From a virus, in the IMG/VR virus record IMGVR_UViG_3300032046_000006, positions 32,001-96,000 of that record: 64,000 nucleotides of DNA; one strand, 5' to 3'. This document shows, piece after piece, positions 1 to 9,600 of this stretch (positions within the stretch are counted from its first letter, which is position 1; every line of letters begins with the position of its first letter). Below the pieces are notes generated by a model, which made no database searches, had not been told where the DNA came from, and saw only the letters and a list, made by a program, of their open reading frames with translations. The translations under genes and the position numbers were made by a program.

Positions 1-2
1 TT

Positions 3-728
3 AAGAGTATTTTAACAGATTTGGTCAAAATAATAATAAAAAAGAACATAGAAGACCATCGAAAAATATTTAGTGAAAATAACGCAATCGCTGTCGTGAG
101 TTCGCCCCTTCGGATAAATACAGAACAAATACTTGATATAATTAGAAGTGCATACGATAGAGGAAATTTGAGTAAACGTAGTTTTGTTGAAACTATAGGT
201 TATGATTATGACCAAGAAAAAATAAGAAGACAAAAAGAAGCAGACGACGGTGATGAAGATTTAATGTATCCTCAAATTATTACTAATCAAGAAGAAAAAG
301 GAAAAGACACTGTCATACCTTCAAAACCAAAAAATGAAAAAAATGAGAAACAAGGAAAAAAACCAGGGACTCCCGAAGTTAATGATTATAAAAATGCTTC
401 TCAGGAAATTGCTAAATGCAAAAAATGTGGTAATGAATTTGATTATTTGGCAACTCCAGAAGCGGGGATGGGATGGGTCAAATGTCCTAAATGTGAAGAG
501 GCAGTCAGTCAAGATGATTTGATTATTGCTCCCTACAATTCATTACAAGATTTATTAAGTAAACATCCAAATTTAAAAAAATATCCAGTTGGTGCCCAAA
601 AAGTATTTATGGAAGTTTTTAATTCTATTTACAAAGAAACTGGAGATGAAGCAAGGGCTTTTGCTGGAGCCTATAGTAAACTTCATAAATGGATGAAAAG
701 ACATGGTGGAAAAGGAGAAAATAAATAA
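3..728 (+). CDS. Probable portal protein C-terminus (5'-truncated by window) with Zn ribbon and ChaB-like domain
   Basis: Frame is open from base 3; lies upstream of protease/capsid; CKKC...CPKC; C-terminal PYNS...AQKVFMEVFNS...AFAGAY resembles ChaB. Confidence 0.6.
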   Translation, partial: KSILTDLVKIIIKKNIEDHRKIFSENNAIAVVSSPLRINTEQILDIIRSAYDRGNLSKRSFVETIGYDYDQEKIRRQKEADDGDEDLMYPQIITNQEEKGKDTVIPSKPKNEKNEKQGKKPGTPEVNDYKNASQEIAKCKKCGNEFDYLATPEAGMGWVKCPKCEEAVSQDDLIIAPYNSLQDLLSKHPNLKKYPVGAQKVFMEVFNSIYKETGDEARAFAGAYSKLHKWMKRHGGKGENK

Positions 729-2563
729 TGTCAAAATTATGCAATAAAAAATTATTGGCAAATTCTCTTCTTGAATGGACTTTAGGAAGCGAAACCACAT
801 TCATAGAGGCAAAAGATAATCAAGATTTAATAGATAAAGCTAAAAAATTAGGAATAATTTTGCCCAGTCCTGACCTTGCAGCTTTTTCCACAATATATGC
901 CGAGGTAGATAAGTTTAATCTTAATGGAGTTAAGATTCCCAAGGAAGTTGCAAAAAAGGGGATAAAAACTCTAGTGGGGAAGCAGATTAACTGGAACCAT
1001 TCGGGGGCTTATCAAATTTGTGGATATATTATTGATGCAGAATTAAAAGAAAATAAAATATTTATTACTGGTATTCTATTTAAGTCATTGTTTAAACAAG
1101 AATTTGATGAGGTTATACAATTATTTGTAGAACGTAATTTATTCGTTTCATTTGAACTTTGGAAAATTTCCCCAGATGGGAAATCAATTATTAAATCTTT
1201 AGGTAATGGTTATAAAGAATTAATCGATTTCATAGGTCATGGATGTGCATTATTATTACTCGACCCTCAGACCAAAAAACCCATACCTCCAGCTTGTCCT
1301 CAAGCTCAGGTATTTAAACTTTTAGCATCAGAAAAGTTAATTCAAGAAGCAGAACAGATAATTAATAAGGTATTTGAAAAAGACGATAGACTCGTTTATG
1401 CAGAACTTTCTATAGAAGAGAAAGAACCCTGCAACAAATGTGCCAAGTGCACATATGAAAAGGAGGAACCGAAATTGGATGAAATTTATTTATTTGAGTT
1501 AGCTATTGATAATGTTATTGAATTGAATGAGGAGGAAATTTCCTCCTTTGAGAATGATTATGAAGGTGGAGAAATTGAAGAAGCCAAAAAATTAAAATAT
1601 GAAGAGAGGCAAAATCTTCCCGATAGTGATTTTGCTGTAGTGGTTACAGTAAAAAATAAAGTTACTGGAAAACCCAGAAAAATTAGAATGTTTCCTATTC
1701 AAGACGAGGCACATGTGAGAAATGCTTTGGCACGTTTGCCTTTGGCTACAGAAACATTAAAAAAATTAGGAGTTTCTCCAGAAGAAGTTAAAAAGAAAAT
1801 TCTCAAAAAAGCAAAAGAACTTAATATGACCGAATTATTAAAGAAATATGAAAAAGCAGAAGATGCTCAGGTAATTGTCGAACCAGCGAAAGTAGAGTTA
1901 CCTATTGTTGATGAACCAAAAGTAGAAGTATCAGTGGTCGAACCTATAATAGAGGTAAAGCCAGTTGAAGCAACTACCGAAGTTCCTATAGTAGAGGTTA
2001 AACTCGAACCTGCTGAAGTAGTCATTCCACCTGTCGAAGTAAAAGCCGAAATGGTAACAGAACAACCAGTTAATCCAGCAAAAAAGTTAGTTAAAGTTGC
2101 CGTTGAACAGACCGAAACTTTGGTAAATACTTATACCGACGAAGTAGGTTCTGGAGTTTCAAGTAGAAAATGTCATACGAAAACAATTAAAGATTTTGAT
2201 GATGGTACTCAGGAAGTTATAGAAAGCGATAGTGATTATGTAACAAAATATACTCTTGCTGAACTTGAAGAGAAAGTAAATGCTGCAAAAGCCGAAAAGG
2301 ATACAGAAATTGCTACTCTTAAAGCAGAACACGAAAGAGTATTAGGTGAAAAAGATAAAGAAATTAAAAATAAGAACGAAGAACTTGATGCGAAAGCTCA
2401 AGAGATTGCCAAATTAACTAAACCAGTTGAAGAGGCAACCGTAGTAGACCCACCTATTTTAGATGTAGGTGCGGTAACAAAAGTAAAAGAAGATAAGTAT
2501 CAAAAATATGCTGATGAAGTAAACGATAAAGCATATGGAAAAAAGATAATCAATAAAAAATAA
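728..2563 (+). CDS. Prohead protease/scaffold fusion
   Basis: Directly before capsid gene; N-terminal protease-like region (INWNH, VSFE); LPDSDFA...FPIQDEAHVRNALAR module (DUF6582-like); V/E/P-rich linker; coiled-coil C-terminus. Confidence 0.7.
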   Translation: MSKLCNKKLLANSLLEWTLGSETTFIEAKDNQDLIDKAKKLGIILPSPDLAAFSTIYAEVDKFNLNGVKIPKEVAKKGIKTLVGKQINWNHSGAYQICGYIIDAELKENKIFITGILFKSLFKQEFDEVIQLFVERNLFVSFELWKISPDGKSIIKSLGNGYKELIDFIGHGCALLLLDPQTKKPIPPACPQAQVFKLLASEKLIQEAEQIINKVFEKDDRLVYAELSIEEKEPCNKCAKCTYEKEEPKLDEIYLFELAIDNVIELNEEEISSFENDYEGGEIEEAKKLKYEERQNLPDSDFAVVVTVKNKVTGKPRKIRMFPIQDEAHVRNALARLPLATETLKKLGVSPEEVKKKILKKAKELNMTELLKKYEKAEDAQVIVEPAKVELPIVDEPKVEVSVVEPIIEVKPVEATTEVPIVEVKLEPAEVVIPPVEVKAEMVTEQPVNPAKKLVKVAVEQTETLVNTYTDEVGSGVSSRKCHTKTIKDFDDGTQEVIESDSDYVTKYTLAELEEKVNAAKAEKDTEIATLKAEHERVLGEKDKEIKNKNEELDAKAQEIAKLTKPVEEATVVDPPILDVGAVTKVKEDKYQKYADEVNDKAYGKKIINKK

Positions 2564-2584
2564 TTTTTTGGAGGAAATAAAATA

Positions 2585-3556
2585 ATGGATAGTCTTATTG
2601 AAAAAGCAATGCGAATAATTGGCGCTCCAATTGACGCTAATCATTCAGTGTCGGTTGAACTGACCGAAATATGTAATATTCCAGAACCTGCTGCTCCTGG
2701 TGAACTTTGTTATACTTTTGTTCCTGATGATTCTAATGGTGTAGATAAAATTTATACTTCTGGTTCTGAAGGTCAAATTTTAACAATAAAAGTCAAATTG
2801 GCTGGATTAACATCCCTTAATTTTGAATTTTTACAGTCAAAGGAAGAATATGTTCTAGTTCAGGAATTGGCGGAATCTCCTGACACTAATGCTTTAGCAA
2901 GACGTAAAGTTTCTATTGGTAGAGCTATGGATAAACTAGAGTCAAAAAGAGTATACGACCTCGTATTAGCTCTTGATGGTGATACTGATGTTGGTTTAGT
3001 TGACCAAGAAGTAGCGAGAACAACTGGCGAAGACATTTATGATTTAATCGTGGCTATGGTTCGTAAAGTTGAAAACTATGCCAATGATTATGTTCTTTTG
3101 GCTGGTAATACTGCTTATGCTGAAATTGAAGATTATGATAAAGCAAATGCTGACAATTTCCTTACTGCTGTTAGTATTTTTGATTTGTTAAAAAGAAAAG
3201 GCATTACATTAATTAAAGTTTTTGAAAATATACAGTTAAGAAACGCTGATGATAATAGTGGTTCTGATGTTCCTGTATTGGCTGCTGACAAAATGATTTT
3301 GATAGGTCGTAATTCTAAGTTATTAGCTGGTAAACCTATTCTTTTCATGAGACGTCAAGTTAGAGCTTTGGTTGCCAACGCTGGTGGAACTTTTGATGTA
3401 GATGAAAGAGCTTTATATACTGCCGAGACACCTTCTCCTATGTATAATGGTACGGTATTGACTCACGGATATGGGATTTTCGGTTTTGAGTCGATTGTTG
3501 CTGCAATCTTGAATTATAGGGCGGTTTGTTGGGCTGATTCGACAGTTGTAAGTTAA
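2585..3556 (+). CDS. Major capsid protein
   Basis: 323 aa, strong SD (GGAGG), follows scaffold, followed by hairpin. Confidence 0.75.
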   Translation: MDSLIEKAMRIIGAPIDANHSVSVELTEICNIPEPAAPGELCYTFVPDDSNGVDKIYTSGSEGQILTIKVKLAGLTSLNFEFLQSKEEYVLVQELAESPDTNALARRKVSIGRAMDKLESKRVYDLVLALDGDTDVGLVDQEVARTTGEDIYDLIVAMVRKVENYANDYVLLAGNTAYAEIEDYDKANADNFLTAVSIFDLLKRKGITLIKVFENIQLRNADDNSGSDVPVLAADKMILIGRNSKLLAGKPILFMRRQVRALVANAGGTFDVDERALYTAETPSPMYNGTVLTHGYGIFGFESIVAAILNYRAVCWADSTVVS

Positions 3557-3583
3557 TAATTATTTTTTTCATAATGATAAATC

Positions 3584-3617
3584 GAGGGGAAGACTCAATA
3601 AGTCTCCCCTCCCAAAA
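3584..3617 (+). promoter_or_regulatory. Hairpin GAGGGG-A-AGACT/AGTCT-CCCCTC followed by CCAAAA-ATG
   Basis: 11-bp stem with 1-nt bulge between capsid stop and HNH start. Confidence 0.6.
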
Positions 3618-4208
3618 ATGAAAAAATATAATTGTAAATGCGGAAACGAAATTTGTTCAGTAACTGCAATTTATGGAAGTGGATTATGTCGTTCTTGTGC
3701 AAGAAAAAAAGAATATAAAGAAGGCTCTCATCCATTTTTAAAATTAGTAGGAAAACATCCTCATAATTATAAAGGAATTAAAGGAAATTTTATATGTATA
3801 GATTGTAAACTTCCTATTAGTGATTATAGAAAGAGATGTAAATCTTGTGAAAATCGAAGAAGAATAGAGTTAGGTATAATTTGTCAAAAAGGAGTTAATG
3901 CAGGAGATAAGAATCCGAATTGGCAAGGCGGTATTTCAAGACTACCTTATTCTCCAGATTGGGCAGAACAATTACGAGACTCTATTCGTAATCGAGACCA
4001 CTACGAGTGCCAAAACTGCGGCATGACCGAAGAGGAACACATAATAGTAGTAGGGCAAGTTTTAACAGTTCATCATATAGACTACAATAAAAAGAATTGT
4101 GTCGAAAATAATTTGATTAGTCTTTGCAATCAATGTAATTCGAGGGCAAACTTCAATCGTCTTTATTGGCAAGAATTTTATACTAATAAAATTTTACTTA
4201 AAATATGA
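3618..4208 (+). CDS. Free-standing HNH homing endonuclease
   Basis: CxxC repeats, NPNWQGG, RDHYECQNC, VHHIDY...NLISLCNQCN. Confidence 0.9.
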   Translation: MKKYNCKCGNEICSVTAIYGSGLCRSCARKKEYKEGSHPFLKLVGKHPHNYKGIKGNFICIDCKLPISDYRKRCKSCENRRRIELGIICQKGVNAGDKNPNWQGGISRLPYSPDWAEQLRDSIRNRDHYECQNCGMTEEEHIIVVGQVLTVHHIDYNKKNCVENNLISLCNQCNSRANFNRLYWQEFYTNKILLKI

Positions 4209-4648
4209 TAAGAAGACTTAATTTAAAAGATAAAACTTCACTTTATGACTTTATTAACAATTGTCCGGATAAGTTTGAAGATTTTTATCTAACTATTGGG
4301 AAGGAACGGAAATTTTTAAAAGGGAACTTCAAATTAATTGAAAAAATTTTGAAATATCAAACTTTTTATGCTGTTGATTTAGGTGAGATAAAAGCAATTT
4401 TATTGATACATAGAGAAAAAAATTTTAGACCTTACATTCGCATCTTGACACAAAACAAAAAATATATTTATGACTTGATGAGATTTGTTGGTTGGAATTT
4501 TTCAGAAGAATTATATATGAAAGTTAAAAAATTGAATATAATTAATGCAGTGGCTCAACGATTTGGATGGGAATTTTTGGGAAGTCGGGGATTGGAAATA
4601 TTATTGAAAAAGAATAAAAGTAAACCAAGGGAGATAAGACGTGAATAA
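4205..4648 (+). CDS. Hypothetical protein (weakly GNAT-like)
   Basis: 147-aa ORF coupled to neighbours; IRRLNLKD start and AQRFGW end recall GNAT, but acetyl-CoA motif is absent. Confidence 0.35.
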   Translation: MIRRLNLKDKTSLYDFINNCPDKFEDFYLTIGKERKFLKGNFKLIEKILKYQTFYAVDLGEIKAILLIHREKNFRPYIRILTQNKKYIYDLMRFVGWNFSEELYMKVKKLNIINAVAQRFGWEFLGSRGLEILLKKNKSKPREIRRE

Positions 4649-5237
4649 TATAATCGCTAAAGTGAGAGATATAATTGGAGACCAAATCCAAATTGATGGG
4701 AGTGATTTTCGTGAATTTATTACATCTAAAGTTTTTACTTTGTCTTATTCTAATGTAGTCGACATTAAAATATATTTAAATGGAAGTGGTAGTGAATGGT
4801 CTTCTGATAATTGGGAATATGTTAATGGAAGAATAGTGGTAGACGAAGAATCAGGAGAAGAATTAGTTCCTGGCGAAGATGTATTAGAAATAAGATATTC
4901 CTATTATAATAAATATTCTGAAGGCGAAATTAGAGGATATGTTCGTTCAGCAATTTATCATTTGGTTACTGAACAATATAAAACTTTTACAGTAAGACCT
5001 CCTACTACTATTTTCCCCACTCCTGATGAGCGGGAAGAAGATTTAATTGCTATAATCGCCTCTATCTTGATAAAAGGGTCTATTCGTTCCTATAGGACAC
5101 CAGAAATTACCATTGTATTTTCGGAAGATATGTCGGTTGAAAAGAAAATTAAACAAGTAATAAATCAATTCGATAAACCATCTCCCAGTATTGAATATAT
5201 AAACCCAAGTAAAGAATTCCCCGAAGAGGAGGAATAA
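4641..5237 (+). CDS. Putative head-tail adaptor/connector
   Basis: Position after capsid; IIAKVRDIIGD N-terminus typical of adaptors. Confidence 0.55.
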   Translation: MNNIIAKVRDIIGDQIQIDGSDFREFITSKVFTLSYSNVVDIKIYLNGSGSEWSSDNWEYVNGRIVVDEESGEELVPGEDVLEIRYSYYNKYSEGEIRGYVRSAIYHLVTEQYKTFTVRPPTTIFPTPDEREEDLIAIIASILIKGSIRSYRTPEITIVFSEDMSVEKKIKQVINQFDKPSPSIEYINPSKEFPEEEE

Positions 5238-5238
5238 A

Positions 5239-5406
5239 ATGGAAAAAAGTTTAATTACCCTTTGGGATTATTGGATAGACCATAAATTAATGATGGCTTA
5301 TTGTATAGGCGAAAAAAATGGAATTTTAAATTTTTCCGAAGCCCCAGTTCAAAAATTATATTATGAAGACAATGATAGTGGCGAAAGTTGGAAAAAAGGA
5401 AGATAA
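5239..5406 (+). CDS. Small hypothetical protein (55 aa, MEKSLITLWDYW...)
   Basis: Read manually; GGAGG SD; fills the gap exactly. Confidence 0.55.
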   Translation: MEKSLITLWDYWIDHKLMMAYCIGEKNGILNFSEAPVQKLYYEDNDSGESWKKGR

Positions 5407-5408
5407 AT

Positions 5409-5792
5409 ATGTCATCAGATAGACGGATTAATATTTTTCAACTACTAAAAAACGAGGGTCGACTGGAGAAAGTATTAGTTTTCCCCGCCATAAAAAGGGA
5501 GGACGACCCTACAGAACACACGACCTCTAAAACCCTATTAAATCCTATTGCAATCGAAGCATTAGTAAGAAATGTTTCCACTGAAGCACTTGCATGGCAT
5601 TATTATGGTTTGATTCCATCGGAATCGAAGGAAATTATCGTAGAGAAAAAATACAAAGAACTCCTAAAACTTGCAGAAAAGATTCAGATAGGTGATGACT
5701 TCTACAAATGTTTTCACGATGACCAAAAGGGGTTCGGGGTACTTTCTCGCCAGGAATACATCGTGGTAATTTTAGAATTAAAAAATATTTAA
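5409..5792 (+). CDS. Putative head-closure (stopper) protein
   Basis: Size, beta-rich composition and position; ATG 5409 preferred over TTG 5388. Confidence 0.5.
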   Translation: MSSDRRINIFQLLKNEGRLEKVLVFPAIKREDDPTEHTTSKTLLNPIAIEALVRNVSTEALAWHYYGLIPSESKEIIVEKKYKELLKLAEKIQIGDDFYKCFHDDQKGFGVLSRQEYIVVILELKNI

Positions 5793-5804
5793 AGGATTAA
5801 ATAT

Positions 5805-6374
5805 ATGTTAAGTATATCTATGAAGTGGGATTCCGCTGAATTTCATCATTTTGTAACTGCTGTCGGTAATATTAATTTTGTACAAGCAGAAGCAGACCTC
5901 GCTAACTTGGCGGAAGATACAGTAAAAACCATGTGCGAAATCATAAATTCTTCTAGAAAAAGACCAGATAAAGGAACCCATAGATTAGAGAATTCCATAG
6001 ATTGGGAAGAACTTATAAATGACCCAGGAAAACATCTACAAATAGGTATAGCAAATATTGAAAAGATGACTAAAGAGGCTCCTTATTGGGAAGTGTTAGA
6101 CCAGGGAGGATATGTTCCGCCACAGAATATTGGTTATTTTACATCTGGTTCGGGATTATCTGGAGATAGAACGAAACCAGAAGCAGGAGGTTCGGGACAG
6201 ACATGGATTCATACTGGAGGAGAAGTAGGACAAAGATATTATCGTATGCAACCCTCGAAAGCAATTGAAGGCATTGACTATATTGGATTTTCATTACGTC
6301 ATCTTGATGAAGAATTTAAAAATAGATTAGAAACTCTTGGCATGAAAATTTTTGAAAATGTTGAAAAACTATGA
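5805..6374 (+). CDS. HK97 gp10-like tail completion/neck protein
   Basis: GTHRLENSI and APYWEVLDQGG resemble the gp10 TG.L..SI and YA..VE.G motifs. Confidence 0.6.
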   Translation: MLSISMKWDSAEFHHFVTAVGNINFVQAEADLANLAEDTVKTMCEIINSSRKRPDKGTHRLENSIDWEELINDPGKHLQIGIANIEKMTKEAPYWEVLDQGGYVPPQNIGYFTSGSGLSGDRTKPEAGGSGQTWIHTGGEVGQRYYRMQPSKAIEGIDYIGFSLRHLDEEFKNRLETLGMKIFENVEKL

Positions 6375-6391
6375 TAAGGAAGGAAAATTAA

Positions 6392-6883
6392 ATGGTTGTA
6401 AAAGAATATCAAAAACAATATTATCAAGAACATAAAGAAGAATTAAAAAAAAGAACTAAAAAATGGAGTCAGGAACATCAAAGAGAAATAGAAGAATATA
6501 GAGAAAAACATAAAAATCAAGCAAAGCAATATCGTTTAATCCATAAAAAAGAATTTAAAGAATATCGCCAGAGTCGCAAAGAAGAAATATATGAATATAA
6601 TAAAGAATATAATAAAGTCCATCCTTGGATGAGCCATTATAATGGTTCTAGGAGTAGATGTAATAATCCCAAAAATAATCATTATCATTCTTATGGTGGC
6701 AGAGGAATTAAATTTTTAATGACAAATAACGATTTCAGATATTTATGGTTTAGAGATAAAGCATTTGAAATGAAACAGGCATCTATAGATAGAATTGATA
6801 ATGATGGGAATTATGAATTAAATAATTGTAGATTTATTGAATTAATAAAAAATACAAAGAAAAAAATAGTGGAGAAAATCTAA
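6392..6883 (+). CDS. HNH-family homing endonuclease
   Basis: K/E/Y-rich repeats, then SRCNNPKN..YGGRGI...SIDRIDNDGNYE..NCRF. Confidence 0.85.
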   Translation: MVVKEYQKQYYQEHKEELKKRTKKWSQEHQREIEEYREKHKNQAKQYRLIHKKEFKEYRQSRKEEIYEYNKEYNKVHPWMSHYNGSRSRCNNPKNNHYHSYGGRGIKFLMTNNDFRYLWFRDKAFEMKQASIDRIDNDGNYELNNCRFIELIKNTKKKIVEKI

Positions 6884-7374
6884 TGGCGAAATATAGAATT
6901 TCTAGGAATATTGAACGCTCATTTCTAGACCAAATCAAAGATTTACTTCCCGATGGCGACTGGGAGAATGTTCGAGTGGAGAAGACTTTCGTAGATGCTT
7001 ATAAAAAAGGTTCCGATGGTTCTTTTCTTCTTCCATGTATAGTAATAAATGTTTTAGAAAGTCGAGCAAAAAGATTGGAAATAAGTAGTAAAACATATCT
7101 CAAATATATAACTGTTAATTTTAGGGTATTCGGAACAGATGATGGAAATCGACTTGACCTCAAAGATTGGCTTTTTGAGCAAATAGAAAATTATGATTTT
7201 ATTTATTATACCTATGAAATAGTTGATAATATACCCATGGGAACCGAAGCGGGAAAGATAGTCATAACCAAGATTTTTGATGATAAAAAAGAGATGCAAA
7301 ATTCTGAAACATTGGTACAGGCGGATAAATTTCGGCATATCATAAGTTGTGAAGTTATGGTCGTACTTAGTTAA
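6883..7374 (+). CDS. Putative tail terminator protein
   Basis: Position before tail tube; LPCIVI...RL motif pattern. Confidence 0.55.
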   Translation: MAKYRISRNIERSFLDQIKDLLPDGDWENVRVEKTFVDAYKKGSDGSFLLPCIVINVLESRAKRLEISSKTYLKYITVNFRVFGTDDGNRLDLKDWLFEQIENYDFIYYTYEIVDNIPMGTEAGKIVITKIFDDKKEMQNSETLVQADKFRHIISCEVMVVLS

Positions 7375-7386
7375 GAGGAGATAATT

Positions 7387-7593
7387 ATGGTTAATTTAGT
7401 TCCTATTTTATCTTTTGGTTTAAATATTGTTATTCTTGTAGTATCAATTGCTGGATTTTTAAAGATACTTAAAAATGATTTAAGTCATCTTCAGAAAGAT
7501 GTATCAGAAATAAAAAATAAAGTTAATGATATAGACAAAAGAGTAGATACTATAGGAGAACGGGTAGCGAAAATTGAAGGTCGTTTAAAATAA
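7387..7593 (+). CDS. Small membrane protein, XhlA/holin-like
   Basis: One TM helix, then coiled coil ending RVAKIEG. Confidence 0.5.
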   Translation: MVNLVPILSFGLNIVILVVSIAGFLKILKNDLSHLQKDVSEIKNKVNDIDKRVDTIGERVAKIEGRLK

Positions 7594-7660
7594 AAAGATA
7601 AATAGTAAGGTACTCGAAAGATATACGAGGGTTATAAAAATTGGTATGGTAGATAGAATG

Positions 7661-7742
7661 TGCGATTATATCGATTGAATTCTTTGGTGAAGAAAGAATC
7701 AAACCAACAATCGAAACCTATTGAAGAGGAAAAATAATCGCA
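7661..7742 (+). ncRNA. Candidate structured RNA in the tail tube gene 5' leader
   Basis: Nested stems 7661-7669/7734-7742, 7671-7677/7708-7714, 7679-7685/7693-7699. Confidence 0.5.
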
Positions 7743-7771
7743 AATTATTGAAACAAAAGGAGAAATAAACT

Positions 7772-9034
7772 ATGTTCCATAGTCGATTTGTAAAATGTAG
7801 AACCTTTCCATGGAAAGGAAGAGTCCCAGAACAGCAAGACCGCCTACAAAATATCAGCGGAGATTTAACGCTTAACAGGGAAAAGATAAATGAAATAGGC
7901 AGAGAAACAGGTGCAGTTGGTTATAGAAAAAAACCAGGAACCCTATCATATAAGGCAACTCAGTTAGAATATGGTTCAATGGATTTTTTTAGAGCTTTGG
8001 CTAATAAAGTTGACCCCGAATCAGGAGAATCTGCTCCAGAAACTACAGTAACCCTAGACGATATTTCTGATACTAGAGTAGAGATGGCGGCTTTTTTAAC
8101 TGATGAAAATGATAATTTTATTGGTACAATTTATTTACCTAATTTAAGAGTAAATGGGTTTACTATTAATATAGCCGACCCAGAAGCATCGATTCAAAGA
8201 ACATTTGATTTGGTGAGTGAAAAATATATGATTTTGGATGTAGATACCGAAATTGGCGGGTATTTGGCTTATGTTACCGATATTGCGGAAGCTGGAACTA
8301 TAGAAACTCCGGTAGATTTTGATGTTGTTTGTAGTCCAGACCCAGTAGAATATGCTGATGGGGATTATATTTTTCGAGTAGTAAGAATTCGTAGTGATGA
8401 AGAGACCTCTTTGATAGAAGACCCAACTGAAGTAGATGCAGATACTTGGTCTTATGATGCTCCATCAAAAACAGTAACAATAAAGGACTGTTTAATTGCT
8501 GATGAAGTAAGAATCTGGTATGAAAATTCTGACGCACCTTACGATACTTTATGGGCAAATAATGGTGATGACCCAGATGTTTTATTGGCAGAGTATTGTG
8601 AAATTTATATAAAGGTAAGTGATTCTAGCCGAGTTTATAGACTGCAAACATTAGGAATAGATGTAAAATTAACAAGAGCCGATTTCAAGGAAATAGGCAA
8701 CAGTGAAGTTGTGTTAACTGGTGCTAAAGAAAAAGTAGTAACCATTTCTTTGGATAGGTTTGCACAAGATTTTTCTCTTGAAAAAATTCTTGCGGATGTT
8801 ACTGGTTATCCTTGTGTTGACCCGACAGAATTTGCGGATACTATACAAATAATGGTTAAAATATATAAAGAAAAAGAACATGAGAATTTTGCTATAGGTT
8901 ATTTGATGAAAAATCTTTCGCCTACGACATTAGGCTTTTCACATGCGGTGGAAGACTATCAGAAAACTACGAACGCTCTAGTGGGAGATTTTTTGGTTGT
9001 TTCAGATAATGAAGACGACATAGTGTTTGACTAA
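7772..9034 (+). CDS. Major tail (tube) protein with a probable inserted domain
   Basis: Position, strong AAGGAG SD, acidic 420 aa; related N- and C-terminal motifs RLQNISGDL..NREKINEIG and RLQTLGIDV..TRADFKEIG. Confidence 0.7.
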   Translation: MFHSRFVKCRTFPWKGRVPEQQDRLQNISGDLTLNREKINEIGRETGAVGYRKKPGTLSYKATQLEYGSMDFFRALANKVDPESGESAPETTVTLDDISDTRVEMAAFLTDENDNFIGTIYLPNLRVNGFTINIADPEASIQRTFDLVSEKYMILDVDTEIGGYLAYVTDIAEAGTIETPVDFDVVCSPDPVEYADGDYIFRVVRIRSDEETSLIEDPTEVDADTWSYDAPSKTVTIKDCLIADEVRIWYENSDAPYDTLWANNGDDPDVLLAEYCEIYIKVSDSSRVYRLQTLGIDVKLTRADFKEIGNSEVVLTGAKEKVVTISLDRFAQDFSLEKILADVTGYPCVDPTEFADTIQIMVKIYKEKEHENFAIGYLMKNLSPTTLGFSHAVEDYQKTTNALVGDFLVVSDNEDDIVFD

Positions 9035-9055
9035 AAATATATAAAAGTAATAAAA

Positions 9056-9100
9056 GAGGGAATATCGAGAATTAAATCCGAATTCCCTCCCAAAAAAAAA
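9056..9100 (+). promoter_or_regulatory. Hairpin GAGGGAAT...ATTCCCTC followed by CC-A9
   Basis: 8-bp perfect stem extended by TCG/CGA. Confidence 0.6.
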
Positions 9101-9148
9101 TAATGTACGGTAAGGCATAACTTAAATTTCTCGAATCATTATACACGT

Positions 9149-9199
9149 AGAGGGATAAGCCTTTCACCGTACATGGAGAAAGTAACTTATCCCTTTTTT
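9149..9199 (+). terminator. Intrinsic terminator with a competing upstream stem
   Basis: AGAGGGATAAG/CTTATCCCTTT stem running into a T-tract. Confidence 0.6.
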
Positions 9200-9221
9200 G
9201 CTAATATTAAGGAGTAAATAA

Positions 9222-9353
9222 ATGATTACTTGTCCTTGTGGAAGAGATGTAGAAGATAATACAGATTATTTTTCTAAAGAACTTTATGATTTAGAAGGCA
9301 ATGCAACGGGATTTATTTGTATTCATGGCGAATTTATTTCCTATGGAGAATAA
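9222..9353 (+). CDS. Small Cys/His protein (43 aa, MITCPCGR...CIHG)
   Basis: Read manually; TAAGGAG SD. Confidence 0.6.
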   Translation: MITCPCGRDVEDNTDYFSKELYDLEGNATGFICIHGEFISYGE

Positions 9354-9354
9354 A

Positions 9355-9600
9355 ATGAGTAATATTATTTCTTTAGACTTAGATTTGCTAAAAACATTGT
9401 TAGACCAAGAAGCCCGCAAAACAGTAGGCAAGGTAATGAAGAGGTTTGAAATTTCTGACGATAAAGAAATTATAAAGAAAGCTACTAAAGAGATACTATA
9501 TGAATCTTATAGAGATTTTTATGAGATGTTAAAAATTGGAAAAATTATTTTTGAATCTGGAACAAAAGTGAATTTTAATAACCCAAGTAAGGAGGACTAA
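9355..9600 (+). CDS. Hypothetical protein
   Basis: ATG 9355 with GGAG SD preferred over 9301. Confidence 0.6.
   Translation: MSNIISLDLDLLKTLLDQEARKTVGKVMKRFEISDDKEIIKKATKEILYESYRDFYEMLKIGKIIFESGTKVNFNNPSKED

Noticed and set aside
1860-2080. VEP-rich repeats as a DNA repeat array
   Set aside because: Degenerate protein-level low complexity in the scaffold linker
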